Origin: Phycisphaeraceae bacterium
GTDB lineage: Bacteria > Planctomycetota > Phycisphaerae > Phycisphaerales > Phycisphaeraceae
NCBI GenBank assembly: GCA_963674705.1
Contig: OY771506.1
Span: forward strand, 3,136,001 to 3,200,000
Direction: 5' to 3'
Length of the DNA: 64,000 nt
Shown here: positions 19,751-29,173 of the stretch, piece by piece
Numbering within the stretch: position 1 is the first letter of the stretch
Layout of the letters: the number at the start of each line of letters is the position of its first letter
Translations under genes and position numbers: made by a program
Notes under the pieces: generated by a model
Told to the model about the DNA's origin: nothing
What the model saw: the letters and a program-made list of their open reading frames with translations, nothing else
Database searches by the model: none

Positions 19751-20878
19751 ATGAAACGTATCGCATATTGGGCCGGTTTGTGTGGTTTGATGCTGGTGAT
19801 TGCGGGTTGCGGGCCGACGCCTTTGGAAAAAGCGATGAGCCGGCTTGACGATCGGCCGGACTGGGAAGACTTCCCGAAGATCAACGTGCCGCATCATCCC
19901 GCGGAGAAGTACCTGAAGGATATGGAGATCGTGCTTGATCCGGGTCACGGCGGGCAGGCACATAAGAAGGGCTACAAGCGCGGTCCGACCGGCGTGCGTG
20001 AAGCCGAGATGAACTGGCGCGTCGCGAAGCTGTTGGAAAAACTGCTGGTCGATGCCGGGGCGCATGTCACGCTGACTAGAGACGGCGATGTCTTTGTTGA
20101 TCTGAAAGATCGTGCCCAGATCGCGAACAATCTCAAGCGGCATGACGGCGGGACGGGGGCGGACCTCTTCATCAGCCTGCACCATAACGCTTCGTCGCGC
20201 GAGTCGGCGAACTTTTCGAGCGTGTGGTATCACGGCGAGTGCGACTGGTCCGAGGTCTCGCTGGATGTTGCGAAGTACGTCGGACATCAGTTAGGCATGC
20301 AGATGCGGACGCAGGTGGCACACACGTCACCCCTGATGAGCGATCAGTTGATGTACAACTCCGGATTCGGTGTGCTGCGTCAGTGTAACATGCCGGCGTT
20401 TTTGACTGAATCATCATTCTTCACGAACTACGAGGAAGAGCAGCGGCTGCGCGATGCGGATTACAACCTGCGCGAGGCGTACGGGATCTATGTCGGCTTG
20501 TGCGAGTATGCCTATGGCGGCCGGCCGACGCAGAGTTTGCCGACGGTCGAGCGCGAGGGCAACACGCTGAAGATCAGCACGATCCTTGATGACGGGCTGG
20601 ACAAGGGTTGGTGGGGCCACGACCGAGACAGGTCGCTGAGTTCGACGATCAGCGTGTACCTGGATGGTCAGCGGATCGATGCGGCGTACGACTCGGCGAG
20701 CAAGGTTGTGACGGCCGAGGTCGAGGTGGACCCAGCCAAGCTGAGCGATGGGCAGGGCATAATAATGAGCATCCACCACGCGAATATGTTCAAGCACCAT
20801 AATTATCCGCAGCGGTACAGCCTGAGCGGGGGAGATGATATTGTGGTCAAACCGCTTGGTCCGAAGCGTGCGGAATAG
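19751..20878 (+). CDS. N-acetylmuramoyl-L-alanine amidase (Amidase_3), lipoprotein
   Basis: Lipobox IAGC, IVLDPGHGG, E..N, LTRDGD, ADLFISLHHNA, PAFLTESSF. Confidence 0.9.
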   Translation: MKRIAYWAGLCGLMLVIAGCGPTPLEKAMSRLDDRPDWEDFPKINVPHHPAEKYLKDMEIVLDPGHGGQAHKKGYKRGPTGVREAEMNWRVAKLLEKLLVDAGAHVTLTRDGDVFVDLKDRAQIANNLKRHDGGTGADLFISLHHNASSRESANFSSVWYHGECDWSEVSLDVAKYVGHQLGMQMRTQVAHTSPLMSDQLMYNSGFGVLRQCNMPAFLTESSFFTNYEEEQRLRDADYNLREAYGIYVGLCEYAYGGRPTQSLPTVEREGNTLKISTILDDGLDKGWWGHDRDRSLSSTISVYLDGQRIDAAYDSASKVVTAEVEVDPAKLSDGQGIIMSIHHANMFKHHNYPQRYSLSGGDDIVVKPLGPKRAE

Positions 20879-21109
20879 GTGGGTGTAATTTCTTTAATAA
20901 GTGCCGGCAACATCTAAGACCCGTATTGCAAGGCATTAACAGGATGCTTATGGTGATTATATAATCTTAAAATGCTTGCATTTCTGTTAATCTGGCGTGA
21001 TAATTACAGTTGTTAGGGCGAGCGCGACGGCGTTTCATATTTATACGCTGCGAGCCCAATCTGGAACGTTCATCTAAGGGCTCGATGGGGCGCAGCGTAA
21101 GGCTCCAGG

Positions 21110-22237
21110 ATGGCCGAGGCACACGCGGGGGCTGATTATTCAGCACTACCTATGGCAACTAAGCACAAAGAAATCGGTCCTGTGGTCGCCCAGCCCGGCC
21201 AACCCCTTTACGAATCCGTCAAGCAGGCGCTGACCGAAGCCATCGACAGCGGGCACTACCAGCCCGGCAAGCGGATGCCCAGCACAAAGGAGCTGAGCCG
21301 GCAGATGTCGGTCTCGCTGGTCACCGCACACCGGGCACTGCAGGAGCTGGTTTCGATCGGCCTGCTGGAACGTACACGCGGCCGCGGCACCTACGTTGTT
21401 GAAAACCACCGCGATGTGAAGCCCAAGCTGCGCATCGGCGTATTGATCCATCGCGATGTCGTGATGTCGGATGTTTACCACAGCGGCATCCTCGAAGGCA
21501 TGCACCGGGCGAGTGTCGAGTTCGGCTGCGACCTGCTGCTACTGGGTGATGAGGTCGATGCCCGGCAGGATGTGCATGCGTACGTGCTGGTGAACCCGGC
21601 TGTGAATCAACTGGAAGTGTTGCTGGACCAGTCGTTTGGCAAGACGCCGATCGTCGTGGTCGGGGCGAGGTCGGGCGATAAGTCGATCCCCTCGGTCGAT
21701 ACGGACAACCGCGACCTGGCGACGCAGGCGGTGAACCACCTGTATCAGCTCGGGCACCGTCGGATCGGCTGCTTCATCGGCGGGTGCAACTTTGTACACA
21801 ACCGTGACCTGTGCGACGGCTTTATCCAGGCCTGCAAGGTGCTTGGGATCGCTGACAAGAATCGGCCGATCGTCGAGGTGCAGGGCACGAGCATGCGGTC
21901 GGACGACAAGCTCAAGCTCAACCGGATGCTCAATGAGGACGGGCTGACCGCGGTCTTTGCCGGGGCGTATGACCTGGCGCTGGAGGTGTACCAGGCGGTG
22001 TCGACGATCGGGCTGCGGATCCCGCAGGACCTGTCGGTCGTGGGTGTGGACGATCCAGCCAGCGCATCGCACCTGAGCCCGGCGTTGACCACGTTGCGTC
22101 AGCCCTTAGCCCATCTTGGGCATGCCGCGATTTCCGGCCTGGTCGCCCACCTGAGCGACGATGAGCCGCCGCTGAAGCGTGAAGTGCTGCGAGCGGAACT
22201 GGTGATCCGCCGATCCAGCGGTGCGCCGGTGCGGTAA
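21110..22237 (+). CDS. GntR-HTH / LacI-type sugar-binding hybrid regulator (AraR-like)
   Basis: PGKRMPSTKELS..VS..TAHRAL.EL...GL..R.RGRGTYV, followed by LGHRRIG, IPQDLSVVGVDD, PALTTLRQP. Start could be 21152. Confidence 0.92.
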   Translation: MAEAHAGADYSALPMATKHKEIGPVVAQPGQPLYESVKQALTEAIDSGHYQPGKRMPSTKELSRQMSVSLVTAHRALQELVSIGLLERTRGRGTYVVENHRDVKPKLRIGVLIHRDVVMSDVYHSGILEGMHRASVEFGCDLLLLGDEVDARQDVHAYVLVNPAVNQLEVLLDQSFGKTPIVVVGARSGDKSIPSVDTDNRDLATQAVNHLYQLGHRRIGCFIGGCNFVHNRDLCDGFIQACKVLGIADKNRPIVEVQGTSMRSDDKLKLNRMLNEDGLTAVFAGAYDLALEVYQAVSTIGLRIPQDLSVVGVDDPASASHLSPALTTLRQPLAHLGHAAISGLVAHLSDDEPPLKREVLRAELVIRRSSGAPVR

Positions 22238-22244
22238 TCCTGGG

Positions 22245-22356
22245 AATCGCTGATCGTTAATTTTTTAATCGCTAATTGGTTGGTGCATAGGGGGTTGCGA
22301 TAGGTTGTTCTATTTCTGTTCCCACATCAGCGATTAACGATTAGAGATTAGAGATC
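22245..22356. repeat. Degenerate inverted heptamer-repeat element
   Basis: AATCGCT GATCGTT AAT... is opposed by ...CAGCGAT TAACGAT TAGAGAT TAGAGAT. Confidence 0.55.
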
Positions 22357-22385
22357 CTGTTTTTGATCATATAAGGTGTCTTATA

Positions 22386-22409
22386 CGTGGATCGCTGAAG
22401 CGACCACGC
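22386..22409. repeat. Dispersed 24-bp palindrome, copy 1
   Basis: CGTGGATCGCTGAAGCGACCACGC, 23/24 identical to 31246-31269. Confidence 0.8.
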
Positions 22410-22604
22410 CTGGGGGATTCTGTGGATGGGCTGGGGGATCCGCCGATTCACTTAACTGGTGTAATTTGGGGTGTTAAGGCGATTGCTGCGGGCTGAGCTT
22501 TCGTTAACGTGGTGATTGTTATATAAATATCCCTTCCCGGCCGGGTATTGTTCGCTATCCGCGTGGCGTCGGCCCGTCCTGTCCTGGTGCTCGGAGATTC
22601 ACAT

Positions 22605-24653
22605 ATGCATTGGATGACCTTAGCGGCGGTGGATACTACCCAGAACAACGGGACGCTGGCGGGGCACTTTACGCTGCTGGATTGGGGGGTGATGATCGGT
22701 TACCTGCTGCTGGTGAGTATCCTGGGGGTGCTTCTGGCGGGTAAGCAGAAGGGGATGGAGGACTTTTTCCGGGGCGGTGACAAGCTGCCCTGGTACGCGG
22801 TGTCGGCATCGATGATCGCGACGACGATCTCGGCGGTGACATTCGTGGGCGTGCCGGCGATCGCGTTTGCGGGGAACATGACCTATCTGCAACTGGGCAT
22901 CATCGCGGGGCTTCTGTCGCGTGCGTTCGTGGCGTGGGTGTTGATCCCGGCGTATTACCAGAAGCGCATCTACAGCCCGTACGATTACATGGGCAACCAG
23001 CTCGGGTCCAGCGCGCGGAGCGTGACGACGGGCCTGTTCACGCTGGGTGGATTGCTCGCGCAGTCGGCGCGTGTGTATCTGACAGCACTGGTGTTGACGC
23101 TGGTGATGTCCGATCAGCTTGCCTGGATTCAAGAACACACTCAGTTTGCCTTTGATTTGTCGGCGAAATATGAGATTGCTTATGCAGGGCTTTCACCTTT
23201 AGCCTCATCGATCATCATCATCGGGATCATCGCGGTCTTGTGGACGATGCTCGGCGGTATCGCGACGGTGGTGTGGACGGACGCGATGCTGTTCCTGGTG
23301 TTTGTCGTCGGCGGTATCGCGGCGATCTGGGTGATCATCAGTGCGCTGCCGAACGGCTTCTCGGAATTTATGGAAGTGGGGCAGGCGGCCGAGAAGTTCA
23401 AGATATTCAACATCGATAGAGTGGCAGACTTCACGACGCCTTACACGTTGACAGCGGCGGGTTTTGCGGTCGTGCTGGGTAACATCGGCGCGTACGGTAC
23501 GGACCAGTTGCTCGCGCAGCGTCTATTTACCTGTAAAGGCAAGGGCAGCGCGCAGGTTGCGATCCTGACCAGTTACGTGGCGGAAGCGGTGACGGCGTTG
23601 ATGCTGCTGGTGGGTGTGGGCTTGTTCGTGTTCTACACGGCGTTCCCCGAGAAGCTGGCGGGTGAAGCGGCGGTGCTTGCAGCGAAGGAGAACGACAAGA
23701 TATTCCCGATCTTTATCCTTCAGCAGATGCCGGTCGGCGTCACGGGGCTGGTGATCGCGGGGATTTTCGCGGCGGCGATTTCGAGCCTGACTTCGATCCT
23801 TGCGGCGCTAGCGCAGACATCCGTGTCGGCGGTGTACCTGCCGATGCGTGCCAAGACGCTGGGTTTGAGTAAGGGCGAAGAACAGGAAGCGATCGAAAAA
23901 AATCCGGAGGAAGGCAAGCGCGTGTTGTTGGTATCGCGCTGGCTGATTGTTTTCTGGGGGGTCGCGCTGTGCCTGGCGGCGTTTGTGGTGGATGGATTCA
24001 AAGACGCGACGGGCGTGCCGATTCTGGACCTGGCGCTTGGTTTGGCGAGTTACATCATCGGCGGGTTGTTCGCGGCGTTTATGCTGGCGTGGCTGCCGAT
24101 GAAGATTACGGGGCGCGGCCTGGTGTGGAGTGCGCCGCTGGGTGTGATGAGTGTGTTCGCGCTGCGATTCCATGAGCCTTGGTCGATGTGGTTCTGCGGC
24201 GCCATCATGGTTGTGTTGCTGGTGACGTGGCTCGCATGTGCGTTCAGTACAGTGGACGGGGCGCTGCGGACCAAGCGGATACTCAAGACGGCGTGGTTAG
24301 TTATTGGCATCGGGGTGGTGATGTCGATCATGTGGCGCGGTTACTTCCATGCGTATGAACCGGTAACCGGCAAGGTCGTGATGGCTTACCCGGCGGTGAT
24401 TGATGAAGCGACGGGCAAGCCGAAGCTGGATATGGAAGCGGAGCCTGTTTACCTGGTGCATCCGATCACGAAGGAGCCGTTGGTGGATGCCGATGGCAAC
24501 AAGATCGAGAATGAAAAGGCTCGGCCGGTGGTGCGTGATATGAGCAAGGGGGCGCCGAAGGTGGTGCCGATCGCGTGGCCGTGGTATGCACCGATCGGTG
24601 CGGCGATCGCTTTTATCTTTGGTTATCTTTTGGCGGAGCCGAAGCGGGATTAG
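22605..24653 (+). CDS. Sodium:solute symporter (SSS/SLC5 family)
   Basis: DFFRGG..LPWYAVSAS..AT.ISA.TFVG.P, GGIATVVWTD, GTDQLLAQR, GIFAAAISS. Many TM helices, GGAG RBS. Confidence 0.92.
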   Translation: MHWMTLAAVDTTQNNGTLAGHFTLLDWGVMIGYLLLVSILGVLLAGKQKGMEDFFRGGDKLPWYAVSASMIATTISAVTFVGVPAIAFAGNMTYLQLGIIAGLLSRAFVAWVLIPAYYQKRIYSPYDYMGNQLGSSARSVTTGLFTLGGLLAQSARVYLTALVLTLVMSDQLAWIQEHTQFAFDLSAKYEIAYAGLSPLASSIIIIGIIAVLWTMLGGIATVVWTDAMLFLVFVVGGIAAIWVIISALPNGFSEFMEVGQAAEKFKIFNIDRVADFTTPYTLTAAGFAVVLGNIGAYGTDQLLAQRLFTCKGKGSAQVAILTSYVAEAVTALMLLVGVGLFVFYTAFPEKLAGEAAVLAAKENDKIFPIFILQQMPVGVTGLVIAGIFAAAISSLTSILAALAQTSVSAVYLPMRAKTLGLSKGEEQEAIEKNPEEGKRVLLVSRWLIVFWGVALCLAAFVVDGFKDATGVPILDLALGLASYIIGGLFAAFMLAWLPMKITGRGLVWSAPLGVMSVFALRFHEPWSMWFCGAIMVVLLVTWLACAFSTVDGALRTKRILKTAWLVIGIGVVMSIMWRGYFHAYEPVTGKVVMAYPAVIDEATGKPKLDMEAEPVYLVHPITKEPLVDADGNKIENEKARPVVRDMSKGAPKVVPIAWPWYAPIGAAIAFIFGYLLAEPKRD

Positions 24654-24719
24654 GGGGGCGTTGTGGGGGTAACGCCCGGTTGCTGAAGCAACCTCGCCGA
24701 TGTTGTGGGTATGATTGAA

Positions 24720-24742
24720 CCCCACGCTTCCGCGTGGGGCTA
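24720..24742. repeat. REP-like palindrome
   Basis: CCCCACGC-ttcc-GCGTGGGG-CTA. Confidence 0.55.
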
Positions 24743-24753
24743 TTGGTGAGTGT

Positions 24754-25656
24754 ATGAGTGTGAATGACGAAACAACGCGAAGTGGCGGCTGGGCGCTTGG
24801 GATTGATATCGGCGGGTCGAGTGTGAAGCTGGCGCTTGTTTGTGAGGGCAGTGAGCCGCACACGATGCGGGGCGATCCTTACGAGATGCCGACGCTTGAG
24901 GTGTTGACGTCGCGGATACGGCAGACGTTTGATGCGTTGTTGGAAAAGTCGGGGGTTGGGCGCGGGGCGGTGGTGCGTGTGGGTGTGTCGGTGGCGGGGC
25001 CGATGAATAAGGCCGGTGTGCTGGAGGGGGCGGCGAATCTGCCGCACCTGGTGGGCATGTCGATTCCGCAGTGGACAGAAGAGACGCTGGGACTGGGCGT
25101 GCCGGTAAGGCCTGCAACGGATGCGAACTCGGCGGCGGCGTGCGAGCATCGACGTAACCCGATGCCGGGGCGGACGCTGTATTTATCGATGGGGACGGGC
25201 GTCGGTGGAGCGGTACTCGATGATGGGCGGCCGGTGATTATCACGCGCGGCACGAGCGGGCACTTCGGGCATATGGATGTATCGGGCGGCGAAGCGGATG
25301 CGCCTGCGACGCCGGGCGCGGGACGCGGCGCGTTGGAAGCGTATGTTGGATTTCGAACGCTTGAAGCGGACGGCGTGCCGGTTGCATCGGATGAAAGGTT
25401 TGAGCATCCGACGATGAAGCGAGCGCTGGCGGCGTTAGCGAGGGGGATTCGGATTTTACTAGCGCTATATCGGCCGGACCATATCGTGCTGATGGGCGGG
25501 ACGGTGGCGATCTATGAACCGGCGCTCGATCAGGTCAAAGCGATGGCCAACGAGAGCGTGACGAAAGCAGCGCCGGAAAACTGGACGCTGACCGTAGGCG
25601 GGGCGGACAACTTTGCGGCCGCGATCGGGACCGCGACGCTGGCGATGATTGATTGA
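24754..25656 (+). CDS. ROK family sugar kinase
   Basis: LGIDIGGSSVK, GVSVAGP, DANSAA, MGTGVGG, GHFGH, GALEAY. Confidence 0.9.
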   Translation: MSVNDETTRSGGWALGIDIGGSSVKLALVCEGSEPHTMRGDPYEMPTLEVLTSRIRQTFDALLEKSGVGRGAVVRVGVSVAGPMNKAGVLEGAANLPHLVGMSIPQWTEETLGLGVPVRPATDANSAAACEHRRNPMPGRTLYLSMGTGVGGAVLDDGRPVIITRGTSGHFGHMDVSGGEADAPATPGAGRGALEAYVGFRTLEADGVPVASDERFEHPTMKRALAALARGIRILLALYRPDHIVLMGGTVAIYEPALDQVKAMANESVTKAAPENWTLTVGGADNFAAAIGTATLAMID

Positions 25657-25667
25657 ATCACGAGAAG

Positions 25668-25962
25668 TTCACCGCAGAGAGCGCTGAGGGCGCGGAGAAA
25701 GACAGGAAGAAGTAACAGGGATGGACACGGATAAACACGGATGTTTATGCTGTTGGCATCTGCATCTTGTATTGAATCTGTGTTGATCCGTGTTAATCAC
25801 TTTTTTGTGGTTGTATCTTGTTGGTTCTAGATTGAGGATATTCACTGCGGAGGGCGCTGAGAAAGACTATTAAGAACAGAAAAGGATGAACACATCTAAC
25901 CGTGTTCATCCTTATTCATTTTTTCTTCTCTTCTCTGTACCCTCTGCGATCTCTGCGGTGAA
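25668..25962. repeat. Composite intergenic repeat element with nested inverted repeats
   Basis: Outer IR TTCACCGCAGAGA / TCTCTGCGGTGAA. Inner nonamer tracts (ACACGGATA..)/(ATCCGTGTT..) and hairpin AAGGATGAACAC/GTGTTCATCCTT. Confidence 0.8.
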
Positions 25963-25973
25963 ACGCTTTCAGA

Positions 25974-28217
25974 TCATCCGCCGTTGCCGGCTTTATCCAA
26001 AGGTTGGGTTGCCTTGGCGTCGGCGGGGATGCTCAGGGGGGCGGTGCGGTTGTTGTCGTGGTATTGGATGGCTTGCTGTTGCAGACGCATGCGTTCGGCG
26101 AAGTCGTCCATCAGGTACCAGTCGCGCCAATCGGTGATGCCGGCGGCCTTGGCGGAGGCGGGGTCGATGACGCGGCCCTGCTTGATTTGTCCGGTTTCAG
26201 GATCGATGCCACCGCCACCGAGCGTGATGGGCTTGCCTGTCTTGAAGGCGAGGCGGTAGGCGTGTTCGACGTCGGTCAGGCCGTCCTTCTTGACGCTGAC
26301 GTCAACCTGCGGTTGCGTATCTTCCGCGGCCAGCGCGTGGATGTTGCTGTTAATGGGTTCTTCGTAGAGCGGCTGCGGTTCGTCGGCGATCGGCTTGGCA
26401 GCGATCACGGGTTCGGGGCCGGTGGAACCGCTTGAGGTCAGGCGCGTGTCGGTCAGGCCGGCCTGGATTTCGCGGCGGATGGTGGAACGCATCTCGTCCA
26501 TGCCGGTGATCGACTTGGATCGGATCTCACGCAGAACCTGACGCATGGCGTCGCTGTCTTCGCCGAGGTCTGCCTTGGCGAGCATGTCGTAGATCTGATC
26601 GAGACGTGTATCCGCGGCTTCCTGTGCAAGCAGGGCGAGGCGAAGTTGTTCGATCAATTCCTGGCTGGTATCGGTCTGTTGTGAAGCGTTATCCAGCGAG
26701 CTTGCGATCTGCTCGAGCAGCGGCCGCGTGGTGTTCAGTTCTTCGGTGACAGCCTTGACGACCGAGTCGGCCAGCTCTTGCGAGGACGGCGCGGTTTGTA
26801 GTTTGAGCGCCAGTTCGTTGAGCAGCTTGACCGATTCGGGGCTTTGCCCGCCGGTTTCGATCTGCTTGACCGCGGCGAGGACCTTATCGATGTCTTCCTG
26901 CGTGGTCAGCTTACCGAGGACGGCATCGACGGCGGCAGCGGTTTCACTCGGCTGAGCGCGGATGAGCGTGCTGATCTGCTCAAGCTGCTCATCCGTCTTG
27001 TCCTGACGGGCGAAGGCCTGGCTGATCATCTGCTCGGTGGCGCTACTTTGTTCGGCGAGCGCTTCACGCAGCGGGGTGATCAGGGCTTGCGTATCGGGGT
27101 TGTCGGATAGTTGGCCTTCGATGCGGGCCAGCAGTTCGTTGGTTTTTTCCTGCTCTTGAGCGAGCGCGGTGCGGACCTGGCTTGCGACCTGGTCGGCCGT
27201 CGGGCGGGCCTGCAGTTCGGTGACGATCGCTTCGAGTTGATCGAGGATGTCAGCGTCGAGGTCCGGTCGGGCCTGTGCGAGTTCGATCTGATCACGCAGG
27301 GCGTTGAGCGCTTTTTCGTTCGCCTGAGCGGTGGAAGCAACGGCCTGGAGTTCCGGCAACAGCAGGGCGGCCTGGTCCTGCTGGTTCTGCATGGTGTCCT
27401 CGACCTTGGCAAGCGCTTGCCACTGATCGGATTGCGATTCCATACTGGCGAGGATGGTATCGAGCGTGGTCATGCTCGAGTTGTGCATTTCCGCAAGGGC
27501 GGTCTGGATATCGTTGAGCAGGACGCCGTTGCCTTTTTGCGACTGGACCGATGCAAGGATTTCTTTGAGCACGGGTGTGCTGCTTGAGTTCAGCGATGCT
27601 ACTTCGTTATAGATTTCATCGGTGCGATCAGCCAGGGCGAGCTGCGATTCGGTAGCCTTGGTCTGCGCGTCGACGGCGGCGAGCTGCGCTTCGGTCGCGC
27701 TTTGCTGAGCGGCGCTGGCAGAGCGGACGTCGTCACGGATCGTCGTGCTGACGTTGCTGAGGTTCATGTAGAGGTAGGCGCTGCAACCGATGGCGAACGC
27801 GGCGGCGGCGAAACCGGCGGCGGTCGATGCGCGGGGGATGTACCAGCGCGTCTTGGGCATGTCACGCCAGACTTCACCGCGGCTGGGCTGATCACCGAGC
27901 AGTGCGGCGCGTTCGGCCTGCTCCGCGGGCATGCGTGCGACGACCAGTTCGGTCCGGCCGAGGCGTACACGGTCGCCATCGCGCAGCGGGGTCTTGCCCT
28001 GCGTGCGGATGCCGTTGACGAGTGTGCCGTGACGAGATGCGAGGTCGCGAACGGACCACGTGCCGCCTTCGCACTTGAAGCGTGCGTGCTGGCGCGAGGC
28101 TTTGCCGTCGCTGAGGCGCATGTCATTGCTTTCACGGCCGACGATGATGGTCTGGTCGTCGGACCATTCGTATATCCGGCCCTTATCCGGGCCCTCGGAA
28201 ACGATGAGGATCAGCAC
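25974..28217 (-). CDS. FHA-domain membrane protein with long coiled coil
   Basis: GR..., ASRQHARF, DLASRHGTLVNG, LRDGDRVRLG (FHA). One hydrophobic segment, then about 430 aa of helical sequence. Confidence 0.85.
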   Translation of the reverse strand: MLILIVSEGPDKGRIYEWSDDQTIIVGRESNDMRLSDGKASRQHARFKCEGGTWSVRDLASRHGTLVNGIRTQGKTPLRDGDRVRLGRTELVVARMPAEQAERAALLGDQPSRGEVWRDMPKTRWYIPRASTAAGFAAAAFAIGCSAYLYMNLSNVSTTIRDDVRSASAAQQSATEAQLAAVDAQTKATESQLALADRTDEIYNEVASLNSSSTPVLKEILASVQSQKGNGVLLNDIQTALAEMHNSSMTTLDTILASMESQSDQWQALAKVEDTMQNQQDQAALLLPELQAVASTAQANEKALNALRDQIELAQARPDLDADILDQLEAIVTELQARPTADQVASQVRTALAQEQEKTNELLARIEGQLSDNPDTQALITPLREALAEQSSATEQMISQAFARQDKTDEQLEQISTLIRAQPSETAAAVDAVLGKLTTQEDIDKVLAAVKQIETGGQSPESVKLLNELALKLQTAPSSQELADSVVKAVTEELNTTRPLLEQIASSLDNASQQTDTSQELIEQLRLALLAQEAADTRLDQIYDMLAKADLGEDSDAMRQVLREIRSKSITGMDEMRSTIRREIQAGLTDTRLTSSGSTGPEPVIAAKPIADEPQPLYEEPINSNIHALAAEDTQPQVDVSVKKDGLTDVEHAYRLAFKTGKPITLGGGGIDPETGQIKQGRVIDPASAKAAGITDWRDWYLMDDFAERMRLQQQAIQYHDNNRTAPLSIPADAKATQPLDKAGNGG

Positions 28218-28336
28218 AGTTATGCTCCTGGACTAATGAGCGTTGAGTCCAATAATTAGCGGTCCAATAATGTATGTCGGAGAGGGGATTTACGCAAGAA
28301 TTGCGCGGTAAATGAACCTGATTCAGCCGGTATTTT

Positions 28337-29173
28337 TCAGACAATGCCGACGACGTAGGCGACCCAATCCTCCCGGGCGGGCAGCTTTTCGACGGGCTTG
28401 TACTTGCCATCGCTGGTGCCGGTGTCGGGATCGAAGGTGTCGCACCACACGCCGACACTTCTAAACCCTGATTTTGACATAATTTCGACCAATTCGGGCA
28501 GGGTCCAGAGCCGCCAGTTGTAGCGGAAGGCGTTTTCGAAGCGATGGCCGTCGGACAGGGTGAAGTGGATACGGCAGTCCGTGCGGTGGGTCAGGGCGTC
28601 GAAGCTGCGCTGCTCCCAGTGGTACTCGAAGCCCCGGTCGGTCTCGTCGTATTCGTTTTCAGGGGGGACGTGGCGGGACTGAGTGCCGACACGCATCGCG
28701 CCGGGGCCGCCATAGGCATCCATGACGAAGATGCCACGCTTTTTCAGGCCACGGTAGGCGTTGACGAAGTATTCGGCTAGTTCGTCCCGATCGTGGTAGA
28801 TGAAGGTGCTGAAGTTCAGGGCACAGGTGATGTCGACGCGAGGCTCGTAGAGGTCCATGACGTCGGCCTCGACGATGTGCAGGTAGATGTTGTCGGTGCC
28901 CAGTTCCTTGAGGGCGGTGCGCTGTGCCCAGCGGACGGTCGGGCCGTGCTTCTCGATGGCCATGGCTTCGTAGTTATCGCGCAAGTTGACCCACATGCTC
29001 GAAAGCGCACAGGTGCCGGCAAAATCCTCACGCAAGAGCTTTGCGCCGTAGATCGAGTAGTGCTCGTACACGCGCTGTAGAAAGGTAACTTCAGCGAGCG
29101 GGTGCTGGACAGCCCGGCGATAAAGTTCGAGCTTGTGCGGGCGACGTTTGCGTGGGGCTTTTTTACTTTTCAC
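28337..29173 (-). CDS. Class I SAM-dependent methyltransferase
   Basis: LREDFAGT, EADV, DITCALNFS, GIFVMDAYGG. Start overlaps the stop of the ABC gene (GTGA). Confidence 0.8.
   Translation of the reverse strand: MKSKKAPRKRRPHKLELYRRAVQHPLAEVTFLQRVYEHYSIYGAKLLREDFAGTCALSSMWVNLRDNYEAMAIEKHGPTVRWAQRTALKELGTDNIYLHIVEADVMDLYEPRVDITCALNFSTFIYHDRDELAEYFVNAYRGLKKRGIFVMDAYGGPGAMRVGTQSRHVPPENEYDETDRGFEYHWEQRSFDALTHRTDCRIHFTLSDGHRFENAFRYNWRLWTLPELVEIMSKSGFRSVGVWCDTFDPDTGTSDGKYKPVEKLPAREDWVAYVVGIV

Noticed and set aside
22511..22530. GntR operator GGTGATTGTTATATAAAT, similar to GGTGATTATATAAT at ~20952
   Set aside because: The match is short, gapped and in AT-rich promoter DNA, so it cannot be distinguished from -10 elements.
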